Origin: Stellaceae bacterium
GTDB lineage: Bacteria > Pseudomonadota > Alphaproteobacteria > ATCC43930 > CGMCC-115725
Length of the DNA: 64,000 nt
Assembly: GCA_036489765.1 (NCBI GenBank)
Contig: DASXFE010000128.1
Span: 21,900 to 85,899, forward strand
Direction: 5' to 3'
A program made the translations under genes and the position numbers. Shown one piece after another: positions 53,756 to 62,260 of this stretch (its first letter is position 1; the number at the start of each line of letters is the position of its first letter). The notes below the pieces were generated by a model, which had not been told where the DNA came from, did not search any database, and saw only the letters and a list, made by a program, of their open reading frames with translations.

Positions 53756-55456
53756 ATGGCCGCGTTGGCAAACCAGGACCGCCGCATCCATCCGGGCTCG
53801 GGCCGGCGGCGGGGGCGTGAGCAGCCGAAGGGACGGCAGGTCGACCCGGTCTCGCTCGTCCAGGTCCAGGCCTTGCTTGGCGAGCAGGAGCGGCGGCCCG
53901 ACCTTTTGATCGAATTCCTGCATCTGCTGCAGGACCACTACGGCTGCCTCCACGCCCGCCACCTCGCCGCGCTCGCCGACGAGATGCAGTTGTCGCTCGT
54001 CGAGGTGTACGAGGTCGCCTCGTTCTACGCCCATTTCGACATCGTCATGGACGACGAGGCCCCGCCGCCGGAACTGACCGTGCGGGTATGCGACAGCCTC
54101 ACCTGTGCGCTCACAGGCGCGAACCAGCTCCTTGCCGATCTGCCGGCGCGGCTCGGCGACCAGGTTCGGGTGGTGCGGGCGCCCTGCATGGGCGGCTGCC
54201 ACAACGCCCCGGTCGTCGCGATCGGCCACGCATTGCACGAGCACGCGACGCTCGACTCGGTCGCCGAGGCGGCCGCGCACGGCGACGGCCATCCTGAAAC
54301 CCCGGTCTACACCGGCCTCGACCAATACCGCGCCGGCGGCGGATACAAGCTGCTCGGCGACTGCCTCTCCGGCGCGCGCACGCGCGAAAGCGTGATCGAG
54401 GCGATGGAGAAATCCGAGATCCGCGGGATGGGCGGTGCCGGGTTCCCGACCGGGCGCAAATGGCGCTTCGTGCTTGCCGAGCCGGGGCCGCGGATGATGG
54501 CGGTCAACGGCGACGAGGGCGAGCCCGGCACCTTCAAGGACCGGTATTTTCTCGAAACCGACCCGCACCGATTCCTCGAAGGGATGCTCGTCGCCGCCTG
54601 GATCATCGAGGCGCCGGAGATCTACATCTACCTGCGCGACGAATATCCCCAATGCCGCGAAATCCTGCTGCATGAGATCGCGGCGATCGAGGCAGCAGGG
54701 CTCGTCCGCGACACGCACATCCAACTGCGCCGCGGCGCCGGCGCCTATATCTGCGGCGAAGAGTCGGCGATGCTCGAAAGCATCGAGGGAAAGCGCGGCA
54801 TCCCCCGGCACAAGCCGCCATTCCCGGCCCAGGTCGGGCTGTTCGGTCGGCCGACCCTGATCAACAACATCGAGACCTTGTGGCTCGTGCGCGACATCGT
54901 CGAGCAAGGGCCGGAGTGGTTCACCCGCGAGGGCCGCAACGGGCGCAAGGGCCGGCGCACCTTCTCGGTCTCGGGCCGGGTCAAGAACCCCGGCGTCAAG
55001 CTCGCTCCGGCCGGCATCACCGTGCGCGAGCTGATCGACGAATATTGTGGCGGCATGGCCGAGGGCCACAATTTCAAGGGCTACCTCCCCGGCGGCGCGT
55101 CGGGGGGGATCCTGCCGGCGTCAAAGGCCGACATCCCGCTCGATTTCGGCACGCTCGAAAGCGAAGGCTGCTTTATCGGTTCGGCCGCGGTTGTCGTGCT
55201 GAGCGACAAAGACGACATGAGGGATGTGGCCCTCAATCTGCTCAGGTTCTTCGAGGATGAAAGCTGCGGCCAGTGCACCCCCTGCCGCGTCGGCACCGAA
55301 AAGGCCGTCAAGCTGATGAGCGGCAGGCACTGGGACGACAGTCTGTTGCAGGAACTCTCGCGCGTCATGGGCGACGCCTCGATCTGCGGCCTCGGCCAGG
55401 CGGCGATGAACCCGGTCAAGCAGGTCCTCAAGCATTTCCGCGAGGACGTCGCATGA
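53756..55456 (+). CDS. NAD-linked formate dehydrogenase beta subunit (NuoE-like plus NuoF-like fusion, Fdh1B type)
   Basis: ATG 53756 after AGGAG. 2Fe-2S motif CDSLTC...CMGGC, FMN/NADH site GGAGFPTGRKW, 4Fe-4S ESCGQCTPCR. The listed upstream extension (from 53621) is repeat-encoded. Confidence 0.88.
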   Translation: MAALANQDRRIHPGSGRRRGREQPKGRQVDPVSLVQVQALLGEQERRPDLLIEFLHLLQDHYGCLHARHLAALADEMQLSLVEVYEVASFYAHFDIVMDDEAPPPELTVRVCDSLTCALTGANQLLADLPARLGDQVRVVRAPCMGGCHNAPVVAIGHALHEHATLDSVAEAAAHGDGHPETPVYTGLDQYRAGGGYKLLGDCLSGARTRESVIEAMEKSEIRGMGGAGFPTGRKWRFVLAEPGPRMMAVNGDEGEPGTFKDRYFLETDPHRFLEGMLVAAWIIEAPEIYIYLRDEYPQCREILLHEIAAIEAAGLVRDTHIQLRRGAGAYICGEESAMLESIEGKRGIPRHKPPFPAQVGLFGRPTLINNIETLWLVRDIVEQGPEWFTREGRNGRKGRRTFSVSGRVKNPGVKLAPAGITVRELIDEYCGGMAEGHNFKGYLPGGASGGILPASKADIPLDFGTLESEGCFIGSAAVVVLSDKDDMRDVALNLLRFFEDESCGQCTPCRVGTEKAVKLMSGRHWDDSLLQELSRVMGDASICGLGQAAMNPVKQVLKHFREDVA

Positions 55457-55848
55457 GCGGCCTCGGCAGCGTGCTGCAAACCCCGCTGGATATGGCGCTC
55501 GCCGACGAGCTCGCCGGCGGGGACGATATCGACATGGCCAACCTGACGAGCGCGCAGACGGGCGTCGCCGGCACGATCTTCATCTCGACCGCGATGGGTC
55601 CGCACGGACCGCGGGTCAGATATTTCGAGCATCCGGGCCGGACCCAACCGAGCTTTTCGGTATCGATTGCCAACTCGCCCGCCGTCGTCGCCAACAGCCT
55701 GCCACCCCACACGGTGCGACAGATGGCGCCGCAGGTGATCGACTGGGTCTTGCAGAACAAAGATGCTTTGTTGGACTTCTGGCATCGTGGCGATACCTGG
55801 ACGCAGCCCGAGGTCAACGATTTCATGCAAAACCTCCGGCGCGTTTGA
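55453..55848 (+). CDS. Hypothetical 131-aa protein inserted between the formate dehydrogenase subunits
   Basis: The ATG overlaps the beta-subunit stop (ATGA, 55453-55456). It ends 12 nt before the alpha-subunit ATG. The segment GPHGPRVRYF...VIDWVLQNKDALLDFWH is faintly DUF4160-like, a tentative recollection only. Confidence 0.6.
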   Translation: MSGLGSVLQTPLDMALADELAGGDDIDMANLTSAQTGVAGTIFISTAMGPHGPRVRYFEHPGRTQPSFSVSIANSPAVVANSLPPHTVRQMAPQVIDWVLQNKDALLDFWHRGDTWTQPEVNDFMQNLRRV

Positions 55849-55859
55849 GTGAGGCTCTG

Positions 55860-58640
55860 ATGAGCGATCCGATCAAATTCACCCTCGACGGCACCGAGGT
55901 CGAGGCCGAGCCGGGCGAGACGATCTGGCAGGTGGCGCAGCGCGTCGGCACCGAGATCCCGCATCTGTGCTGGCGGCCCGAGCCCGGCTATCGCGCCGAC
56001 GGGAATTGCCGCGCCTGCATGGTCGAGATCGAGGGCGAGCGCGTGCTCGCGGCGTCGTGCATCAGGAAGCCGGCGCCGAACATGAAGGTCCATTCGGCGA
56101 GCGACCGCGCCAAATTCTCGCGCAAGATGGTGTTCGAGCTCCTGATCGGCGACCAGCCGAAGCGCGAGGTCGCGCACGATCCGAACTCGTCGCTGTGGCA
56201 ATGGGCCGACAAGCTCGAAGTCGCCGACAGCCGCTTCCCGCAGCGCCCGACCCCGGCGCCCGACCGCAGCCATGTCGCGATGGCGGTGCAGCTCGACGCC
56301 TGCATCCAGTGCAACCTCTGCGTCCGCGCCTGCCGCGAGGTCCAGGTCAACGACGTGATCGGGATGGCGGCACGCGGACGCAACGAAAAGATCGTCTTCG
56401 ACTTTGACGACCCGATGGGCAACTCGACCTGCGTCGCCTGCGGCGAGTGCGTCCAGGCCTGTCCGACCGGCGCCTTGATGCCGGCGTCGCACGTCGACAC
56501 CAACGGCGTCTACGCCAACGCGCCCGACCGCACCGTCGACAGCGTCTGCCCCTATTGCGGCGTCGGCTGCCAGCTCACCTACCAGATCAAGAACGACCGC
56601 ATCGTCTCGGTCGAGGGCCGCTCCGGGCCGTCGAACCTCAACCGGTTGTGCGTCAAGGGCCGCTTTGGCTTCGACTACGTCTCCCATCGCGACCGGCTGA
56701 CCGAGCCCCTCATTCGCAAGGACGGCGTCTCGAAGCACGACACCGCGATCGACCCGGCCAACCCCCTCACCCATTTCCGCGTCGCGACCTGGGAGGAGGC
56801 GCTCGGCCGCGCCGCCTCGGGCCTCGCCACGATCCGCGACCGCGCCATTTCCCCAGGCGGGGGAAAGCGGGCGCTCGCCGGGTTCGGCTCGGCCAAAGGG
56901 TCGAACGAGGAGGCTTATCTCTTCCAGAAGCTGGTGCGCACCGGGTTCGGCAGCAACAATGTCGACCACTGCACGCGGCTCTGCCACGCCTCGTCGGTGG
57001 CGGCGCTGATGGAGGGGATCGGCTCGGGCGCGGTGACGGCTCCGTTCATGGCCGCGCAAGACGCCGACGTGATCATCACGATCGGCTGCCGACCCACGGA
57101 AAATCATCCGGTTGCGGCCACCTTCTTCAAGCAGGCTGCGAAGCGCGGCGCCAAGATTTTTGTGATGGACCCGCGCGGCCACTCGCTGACGCGCTTTGCG
57201 AACCGGGTGCTCCGCTTCACGCCGGGCCGCGACGTGGCCATGCTCAACGCGCTCATCAACACGATCATCGAAGAGGGGCTGACCGACCGGCAGTACATCC
57301 AGACCTACACCGAGGATTACGAAAAGCTGCGCGAGCACATCCGCGACTACACGCCGGAAAAGATGGCCCCGATCTGCGGCATCGACGCGGCCACCCTGCG
57401 CTACGTCGCCCGCACCTACGCCCGGGCCCAGCGCGGGATCATCTTCTGGGGCATGGGCATCTCGCAGCACACGCATGGCACCGACAACGCGCGCTGCCTG
57501 ATCGCCCTCTCGATGATCACCGGCCATGTCGGCCGCCCCGGCACCGGCCTCCACCCGCTGCGCGGCCAGAACAACGTGCAGGGCGCGTCGGACGCCGGGC
57601 TGATCCCGATGGTCTATCCCGACTACCAGTCGGTCGCGAACCCGGCGGTGCGCGAGAAGTTCGAAAAGCTGTGGGACACGGAGCTCGACGACAAGGCCGG
57701 CCTCACCGTCGTCGAGATCATGGACGCGGTGCATCGCGACGAGATCAAGGGCATGTACATCATGGGCGAAAACCCGGCGATGTCCGACCCCGACGTCCAG
57801 CACGCCCGCGAGGCGCTGGCCCATCTCGAACACCTGGTCGTGCAGGACCTGTTCCTGACCGAGACCGCGAAATACGCCGACGTGATCCTCCCCGCCTCGG
57901 CCTGGCCGGAAAAGGACGGCACCGTCTCCAACACCAACCGCCAGGTGCAGATGGGCCGCACGGCGCTGCCGCTCCCCGGCAATGCGCGGCAGGATTGGTG
58001 GGTCATCCAGGAGATCGCCAACCGTATCGGCCTCCACTGGACCTACACGCACCCGCGTGACGTGTTCGCCGAGATGAAGCTGGCAATGCCGTCGCTCGAC
58101 AACATCACCTGGGACCGGCTCGAGCGCGAAAGCTCGGTGACCTACCCGTGCGACGCCGAGGACAAGCCGGGCAACGACATCGTTTTCGGCAGCGGGTTCC
58201 CGACGCCGTCCGGCCGCGCAAAGCTGGTGCCGGCCTCGATCATCCCGCCCGCCGAGGAGCCCGACACCGAGTACCCGATGGTGCTGACCACGGGCCGCCA
58301 GCTCGAGCACTGGCACACCGGCGCGATGACCCGCCGCGCCAGCGTGCTCGACGACATCGAGCCCGAGGCGGTCGCCAGCCTCGCCCCGTCGGAATTGCGC
58401 CGGCTCGGCATCACCGCCGGCGATCCGGTCCGCGTGACGACGCGGCGCGGGCATATCGAGCTGAAGGCGCGCAGCGACAGCAACATCGCGCCGGGCATGG
58501 TGTTCGTGCCGTTCTGCTATGCCGAGGCGGCCGCCAACATCCTGACCAACCCGCAGCTCGACCCGATCGGCAAGATCCCCGAGTTCAAGTTCTGCGCCGC
58601 CAAGGTCGAGCCGGCCGCGATCCGGGAAGCCGCCGAATAG
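55860..58640 (+). CDS. NAD-linked formate dehydrogenase alpha subunit (molybdopterin/tungstopterin, Cys-type)
   Basis: N-terminal 2Fe-2S (CRACMVEIEG), two 4Fe-4S ferredoxin motifs (CIQCNLCVRAC, CVACGECVQACP), CPYCGVGC, then the MopB domain. There is no in-frame TGA. ATG 55860 was chosen. Confidence 0.93.
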   Translation: MSDPIKFTLDGTEVEAEPGETIWQVAQRVGTEIPHLCWRPEPGYRADGNCRACMVEIEGERVLAASCIRKPAPNMKVHSASDRAKFSRKMVFELLIGDQPKREVAHDPNSSLWQWADKLEVADSRFPQRPTPAPDRSHVAMAVQLDACIQCNLCVRACREVQVNDVIGMAARGRNEKIVFDFDDPMGNSTCVACGECVQACPTGALMPASHVDTNGVYANAPDRTVDSVCPYCGVGCQLTYQIKNDRIVSVEGRSGPSNLNRLCVKGRFGFDYVSHRDRLTEPLIRKDGVSKHDTAIDPANPLTHFRVATWEEALGRAASGLATIRDRAISPGGGKRALAGFGSAKGSNEEAYLFQKLVRTGFGSNNVDHCTRLCHASSVAALMEGIGSGAVTAPFMAAQDADVIITIGCRPTENHPVAATFFKQAAKRGAKIFVMDPRGHSLTRFANRVLRFTPGRDVAMLNALINTIIEEGLTDRQYIQTYTEDYEKLREHIRDYTPEKMAPICGIDAATLRYVARTYARAQRGIIFWGMGISQHTHGTDNARCLIALSMITGHVGRPGTGLHPLRGQNNVQGASDAGLIPMVYPDYQSVANPAVREKFEKLWDTELDDKAGLTVVEIMDAVHRDEIKGMYIMGENPAMSDPDVQHAREALAHLEHLVVQDLFLTETAKYADVILPASAWPEKDGTVSNTNRQVQMGRTALPLPGNARQDWWVIQEIANRIGLHWTYTHPRDVFAEMKLAMPSLDNITWDRLERESSVTYPCDAEDKPGNDIVFGSGFPTPSGRAKLVPASIIPPAEEPDTEYPMVLTTGRQLEHWHTGAMTRRASVLDDIEPEAVASLAPSELRRLGITAGDPVRVTTRRGHIELKARSDSNIAPGMVFVPFCYAEAAANILTNPQLDPIGKIPEFKFCAAKVEPAAIREAAE

Positions 58641-58667
58641 GCTGAAGCCGCACCCGGGGGAGAACCG

Positions 58668-59138
58668 ATGAGCACCTTCCGCGCGATCCTCCTCGCGGCG
58701 CTGCCCTTTGCCCTGCTCGCGGGCTGCGTCCCGCCCCCATCAGCCGCCGGGCCATCGACACCACAAGCCGCCGCCGCGCCCACCCCGAGCGCGTGCCTGA
58801 TGCCCAACCAGCACAAGATGATCGTCGCCGAGCTCTTCTTCGGCCGCACCAGGGCCGGCCACCGCGCCGTCACCGACGCCGAATGGACCCGCTACCTCGC
58901 CGACACGCTCACCCCCAACTTCCCCGACGGCCTCACCGTCTTCGACGGCTACGGCCAGTCCCGCAACCCCGCGACCGGCGTCATCGGCCGCTCAGAGGGC
59001 GTCAAGATCGTCCTGATCGCCGCCGACCCCACCCCCGACCTCCCGACCCGCCTCAACGCCGTCATCGACACCTACAAATCCCGCTTCGCCCAGCGCTCGG
59101 TAGGCCTGATCACCCGAGAGGAATGCGCGGGGTTTTAG
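58668..59138 (+). CDS. DUF3574-family lipoprotein
   Basis: Lipobox LLAGC. Core ELFFGRTRAG...VTDAEWTRYLADTLTPNFPDGLTVFDGYGQ is typical of DUF3574. Confidence 0.72.
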   Translation: MSTFRAILLAALPFALLAGCVPPPSAAGPSTPQAAAAPTPSACLMPNQHKMIVAELFFGRTRAGHRAVTDAEWTRYLADTLTPNFPDGLTVFDGYGQSRNPATGVIGRSEGVKIVLIAADPTPDLPTRLNAVIDTYKSRFAQRSVGLITREECAGF

Positions 59139-59394
59139 GCACCCCCGGTCCTCAGCCGGGCGGAACGTCCTTTCGGGACGCCCGTACGTGATAATCCGGT
59201 TATCACGCGCGCCGCGGGAATGACCGCTTTGCTCAGAGCAGTCGGCGACGCGATGCCGGTAATGGGTTCGCTAGGCTCCTGCCGCAAGCCAGCGATGCCC
59301 GCATTGGCTGCAGCCGTGACGGGTACACCGGGCGCCGCCGGGCTCATATTCGAGCAGGAGCGTCGTGCCTGACCAACCGCAAGGCCGTGGTCGC

Positions 59395-59793
59395 TTATAG
59401 GAGCTGGAACAGGATCTGCACCAACCCTATGAACGAAACACCCCATAAGGCGCTGCGAAGCCACGGAACACCGAGGACATACACGGGTGCATAGGCGAGA
59501 CGGCCCCAGAAGAAGAGTTGGGCGCCGAGCGCCGTCGCGCCACTAGCCGTGCCTGTAAACTGCGCAACAAGCACCAGCGGCGCGAAGAGGGTCAGGCTCT
59601 CCAGCATATTGCGATGGGCCCGCTGTGCGCGACCTGCCCAGCCGTCAAGGGCGGGCAGATTTTCGCGGTTGCCAACGAGAGGCAACAGCCCAACTTGCGC
59701 AATCGCGGCAAAGACGGCGACGACCATTTGGACTAAGGCCAATGCGGTGGACCAGATCAGCAGTTTAAGCTCGACGCTCATGTTCATCTCCAA
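59395..59793 (-). CDS. MAPEG-family membrane protein
   Basis: 132 aa with 4 TM helices. The loop GNRENLPALDGWAGRAQRAHRNMLESL is typical of bacterial MAPEG proteins. Confidence 0.72.
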   Translation of the reverse strand: MEMNMSVELKLLIWSTALALVQMVVAVFAAIAQVGLLPLVGNRENLPALDGWAGRAQRAHRNMLESLTLFAPLVLVAQFTGTASGATALGAQLFFWGRLAYAPVYVLGVPWLRSALWGVSFIGLVQILFQLL

Positions 59794-60712
59794 CGGAATT
59801 ATGAACCGCCTGCGAGCGCGTCTGCGCGCGGCGGTGTAGTTGGCGCAGCGACAGCGCGTGCAACAGGATCGAACTCGGCACGACGAAGGCAGGCGTCAGC
59901 ACATTCGGATAAGCGCCGGCACCAATGCTCGACACATTCGGGATGATTAGTTGCAACGGGCCCGGGGACGTGATCAGACCCAAAGTGATTGCGACGGCGA
60001 AGTCGGCAAGGCCGAATGCATTCCAGGCAATGGCGGCTCGCCGCCCCTGAGCCGTGCCCGCGGCGACCGCTATGGCTGTCGGCAGTGCAAACAGGCCTGT
60101 CAGTACATCGCCAATTCCCGCGGGCAATCCGAAGACGCTGGGCAGCGTTCCTTGGAGCCCGCCGACAAGCCAGACGGCGCCGAAAACACGATATGATTGC
60201 AGAGCAATAAGCCAAGTGACCGGCATGGCATCGAGCGCTTGCCCCACGCCTTTTGACAGCAGCAGCAGCGGCGCACCGATGATCACCGGTAGAAAAATCG
60301 CCAAGGGTAAAACCGGGAGTGACGAGGCGCCCGCGCGGAAGGCGCCATTGATGGCCGCGCTCCAGGCAAGGGCGAACCACAGCGTATAGGGGACGATCAC
60401 CATCATCCAGGTCATGCGCCGTTGCCAGGCCGCCAGATCGGTACGTTCGAGGGCGAGCCATAAGCCGAGACCGATGAGGCTATAAGTCATCAGCCGGGCC
60501 GTCGCGCTCGCAACACCGCTGTCCGAAAGCGCCGGCTGCCAATAGATCAGGAGGATCCACAATAGCGTGATCGGCGCAATCCACAGCAGACTTCGCCAAG
60601 GGACCTGCGGCGGGGCGATGCCCCCGCGGATAGCAGCGGCGGGCATCGATCCCTCCCTATCAGTTCGGGTGCTGAGCGACAGTGGAAGCGGCATGGACGC
60701 AGCGCCTGTCAT
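59765..60712 (-). CDS. Polytopic membrane protein of unknown function
   Basis: About 8 hydrophobic helices. It overlaps the MAPEG start by 17-29 nt, so the two are probably co-transcribed. It is divergent from the LysR gene. The start is uncertain. Confidence 0.6.
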   Translation of the reverse strand: MTGAASMPLPLSLSTRTDREGSMPAAAIRGGIAPPQVPWRSLLWIAPITLLWILLIYWQPALSDSGVASATARLMTYSLIGLGLWLALERTDLAAWQRRMTWMMVIVPYTLWFALAWSAAINGAFRAGASSLPVLPLAIFLPVIIGAPLLLLSKGVGQALDAMPVTWLIALQSYRVFGAVWLVGGLQGTLPSVFGLPAGIGDVLTGLFALPTAIAVAAGTAQGRRAAIAWNAFGLADFAVAITLGLITSPGPLQLIIPNVSSIGAGAYPNVLTPAFVVPSSILLHALSLRQLHRRAQTRSQAVHNSVGDEHERRA

Positions 60713-60776
60713 GGTCAGGAACCCTCATCTAATGCAGCTTTGCTGCAGCAACTACCGGCGATAATGTTGACGGGCC

Positions 60777-61688
60777 ATGAAGCAGAACTTCACAGTTAGG
60801 CGGGGTGCGCTCGACGGCGTGGAGGTGTTTCTGAGCGTTGCCCGCCACCGGAATTTCCGCAAGGCGGCGGCGGAACTCGGGGTCACTCCATCGGCCATCA
60901 GCCAGGCGATACGTGCGCTGGAGGGGCGTCTCGGGGTGGCGCTGCTCTCCCGGACAACGCGTAATGTCGGGCTGACCGAAGCCGGCGAACGCTTCATCGC
61001 ACGCGCAAAACCCGCCTTCGAGGAACTCCTCGCGGCCGCGGAGGCTGCTCGCGCACTCGGGGAACGCCCGACTGGACTGTTGCGTGTCTCGGTACCGCGC
61101 GCGGTCGTTCCGATTTTGCTGGAGCCGCTGATCGCGTCCTTTTGCCAGGCTTATCCGGAGATCGAACTGGAGATTGCCGCCAGCGAGGAGTTGGTCGATC
61201 TCTCGGCCAAAGAATTTGACGCCGGCATCCGCCTCGGCCAGTTCATCGCGGCCGATATGGTCGCCGTGCGGTTGACGTCCCCCTTTCCACTACTTGTTGT
61301 CGGAAGCGCGGATTACCTCGCGCGGCGCGGCCGCCCGGAGCGGGTGAACGAACTGCGCAATCACGCTTGCCTGCGCATGCGTCGCTCAAACGGTGCGATC
61401 GCGCCGTGGCGCTTTGTCGATGGCAACAGCACGGTCGAGGTCCTCGTCTCCGGGCCGCTGATCGCGCATGATTATCCCTCGCTGCTTGGAGCTGCACTCA
61501 AAGGTGTGGGGCTCGCCCAGATACCGGGTCCGGTTGCCCGAGCGCCAATCGCCGATGGCGGGTTGGAAGTGCTGATGGCGCCGTTCGCCGTCACGGTGCC
61601 CGGGGTTTTTCTGTACTACCCGTCAAGACGGCAGGTCTTGCCAAAACTTCGCGCCTTCATCGAGCACGTCAGATTTCGGAGCTCGTAG
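60777..61688 (+). CDS. LysR-family transcriptional regulator
   Basis: N-terminal HTH FLSVARHRNFRKAAAELGVTPSAISQAIRALE plus a LysR substrate-binding domain. Confidence 0.9.
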   Translation: MKQNFTVRRGALDGVEVFLSVARHRNFRKAAAELGVTPSAISQAIRALEGRLGVALLSRTTRNVGLTEAGERFIARAKPAFEELLAAAEAARALGERPTGLLRVSVPRAVVPILLEPLIASFCQAYPEIELEIAASEELVDLSAKEFDAGIRLGQFIAADMVAVRLTSPFPLLVVGSADYLARRGRPERVNELRNHACLRMRRSNGAIAPWRFVDGNSTVEVLVSGPLIAHDYPSLLGAALKGVGLAQIPGPVARAPIADGGLEVLMAPFAVTVPGVFLYYPSRRQVLPKLRAFIEHVRFRSS

Positions 61689-61978
61689 GCGGATGCCGAG
61701 ACCTCAGGTCGCACCGAAATGGCAGCTACGGGGCAAGAAGCGAAGGTGGCTCGGCTCTGCGCCTAGGGCTTATTTTGCGCACGAAAGCCGACGCTCGCCT
61801 GAATGACGATCGCCTCCCTTGATATGGACAAACCGAGAACATACATCTTCCGCCGCGCTGCCCTCCTGCGTTGCCGATGATGCCCTATATCTCCCGTCCT
61901 CCTGATCCCGCATCCTGTTCGCCTCCTGCTCTTGCGAACGAGACCGTCCAAAATCAATCACTTGCCCCTGATCCTTTT

Positions 61979-62260
61979 TTGCGACGCGACGCGCGCGGCC
62001 GGTTCGCCGAGGGTCACTCGGGCAACCCCAAGGGCCGGCCGCGCGGCATCCCGAACCCGACGTGCCGGCTGCGCGATCCGCGGGAGCATCCGATGAGCCG
62101 CGAGGCGTTGAGGCGGCTCGTCGAGCGGAGACCGGATCTGCTGCGGCGGCTTCTCAACCAACTCATACCGCCGGCGCCTCCCCGGCGGTATGAGTTGGTT
62201 GACGGCTGGGGCAAACCCTCGCTAGACCCTGGATCACGCAGGAATCGAGGAATGCCATGA
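61979..62260 (+). pseudogene. Truncated DUF5681-like gene fragment (phage/mobile-element-associated family)
   Basis: RDARGRFAEGHSGNPKGRPRGIPN plus LLRRLLNQLIPP match the N-terminal signature of DUF5681 proteins, but the ORF ends after about 94 aa, overlapping the oxc start. The surrounding region is low in GC. Confidence 0.4.
62154..62202. repeat. 21-bp perfect-stem hairpin with 7-nt loop CGCCTCC, 55 nt upstream of oxc
   Basis: TCAACCAACTCATACCGCCGG-cgcctcc-CCGGCGGTATGAGTTGGTTGA, read directly from the sequence. Confidence 0.75.

Noticed and set aside
52997-55069. A 690-aa minus-strand ORF. Similar long antisense ORFs occur at 23940-25571, 25972-27054, 34882-35997, 43235-44437 and 51474-52292.
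   Set aside because: All of them lie opposite genes with clear family motifs (frc/fdh, the kinase, hpnN, hpnH, hpnA, GntR). They are treated as non-coding shadows.
55428-58454. A 1008-aa ORF on the minus strand.
   Set aside because: It is antisense to the formate dehydrogenase alpha subunit and has no recognisable motifs. It is a high-GC artefact.
55860-58640. Possible selenocysteine (in-frame TGA plus SECIS) in the formate dehydrogenase alpha subunit.
   Set aside because: The ORF is uninterrupted over 931 aa, so it is a Cys-type enzyme and no recoding is needed.
59135-59464. A 109-aa minus-strand ORF in the DUF3574/MAPEG spacer.
   Set aside because: It overlaps the 3' end of the MAPEG gene in another frame. 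It has no RBS and a low-complexity product.
61770-61913. A 47-aa minus-strand ORF with a strong AGGAGG SD (MRDQEDGRYRASSATQEGSAAEDV...).
   Set aside because: The peptide is charged and low-complexity, with foreign codon usage. The SD-like motif is one of three phased CAGGAGG repeats, so the apparent RBS may be incidental. It is mentioned under the scar finding rather than called as a gene.
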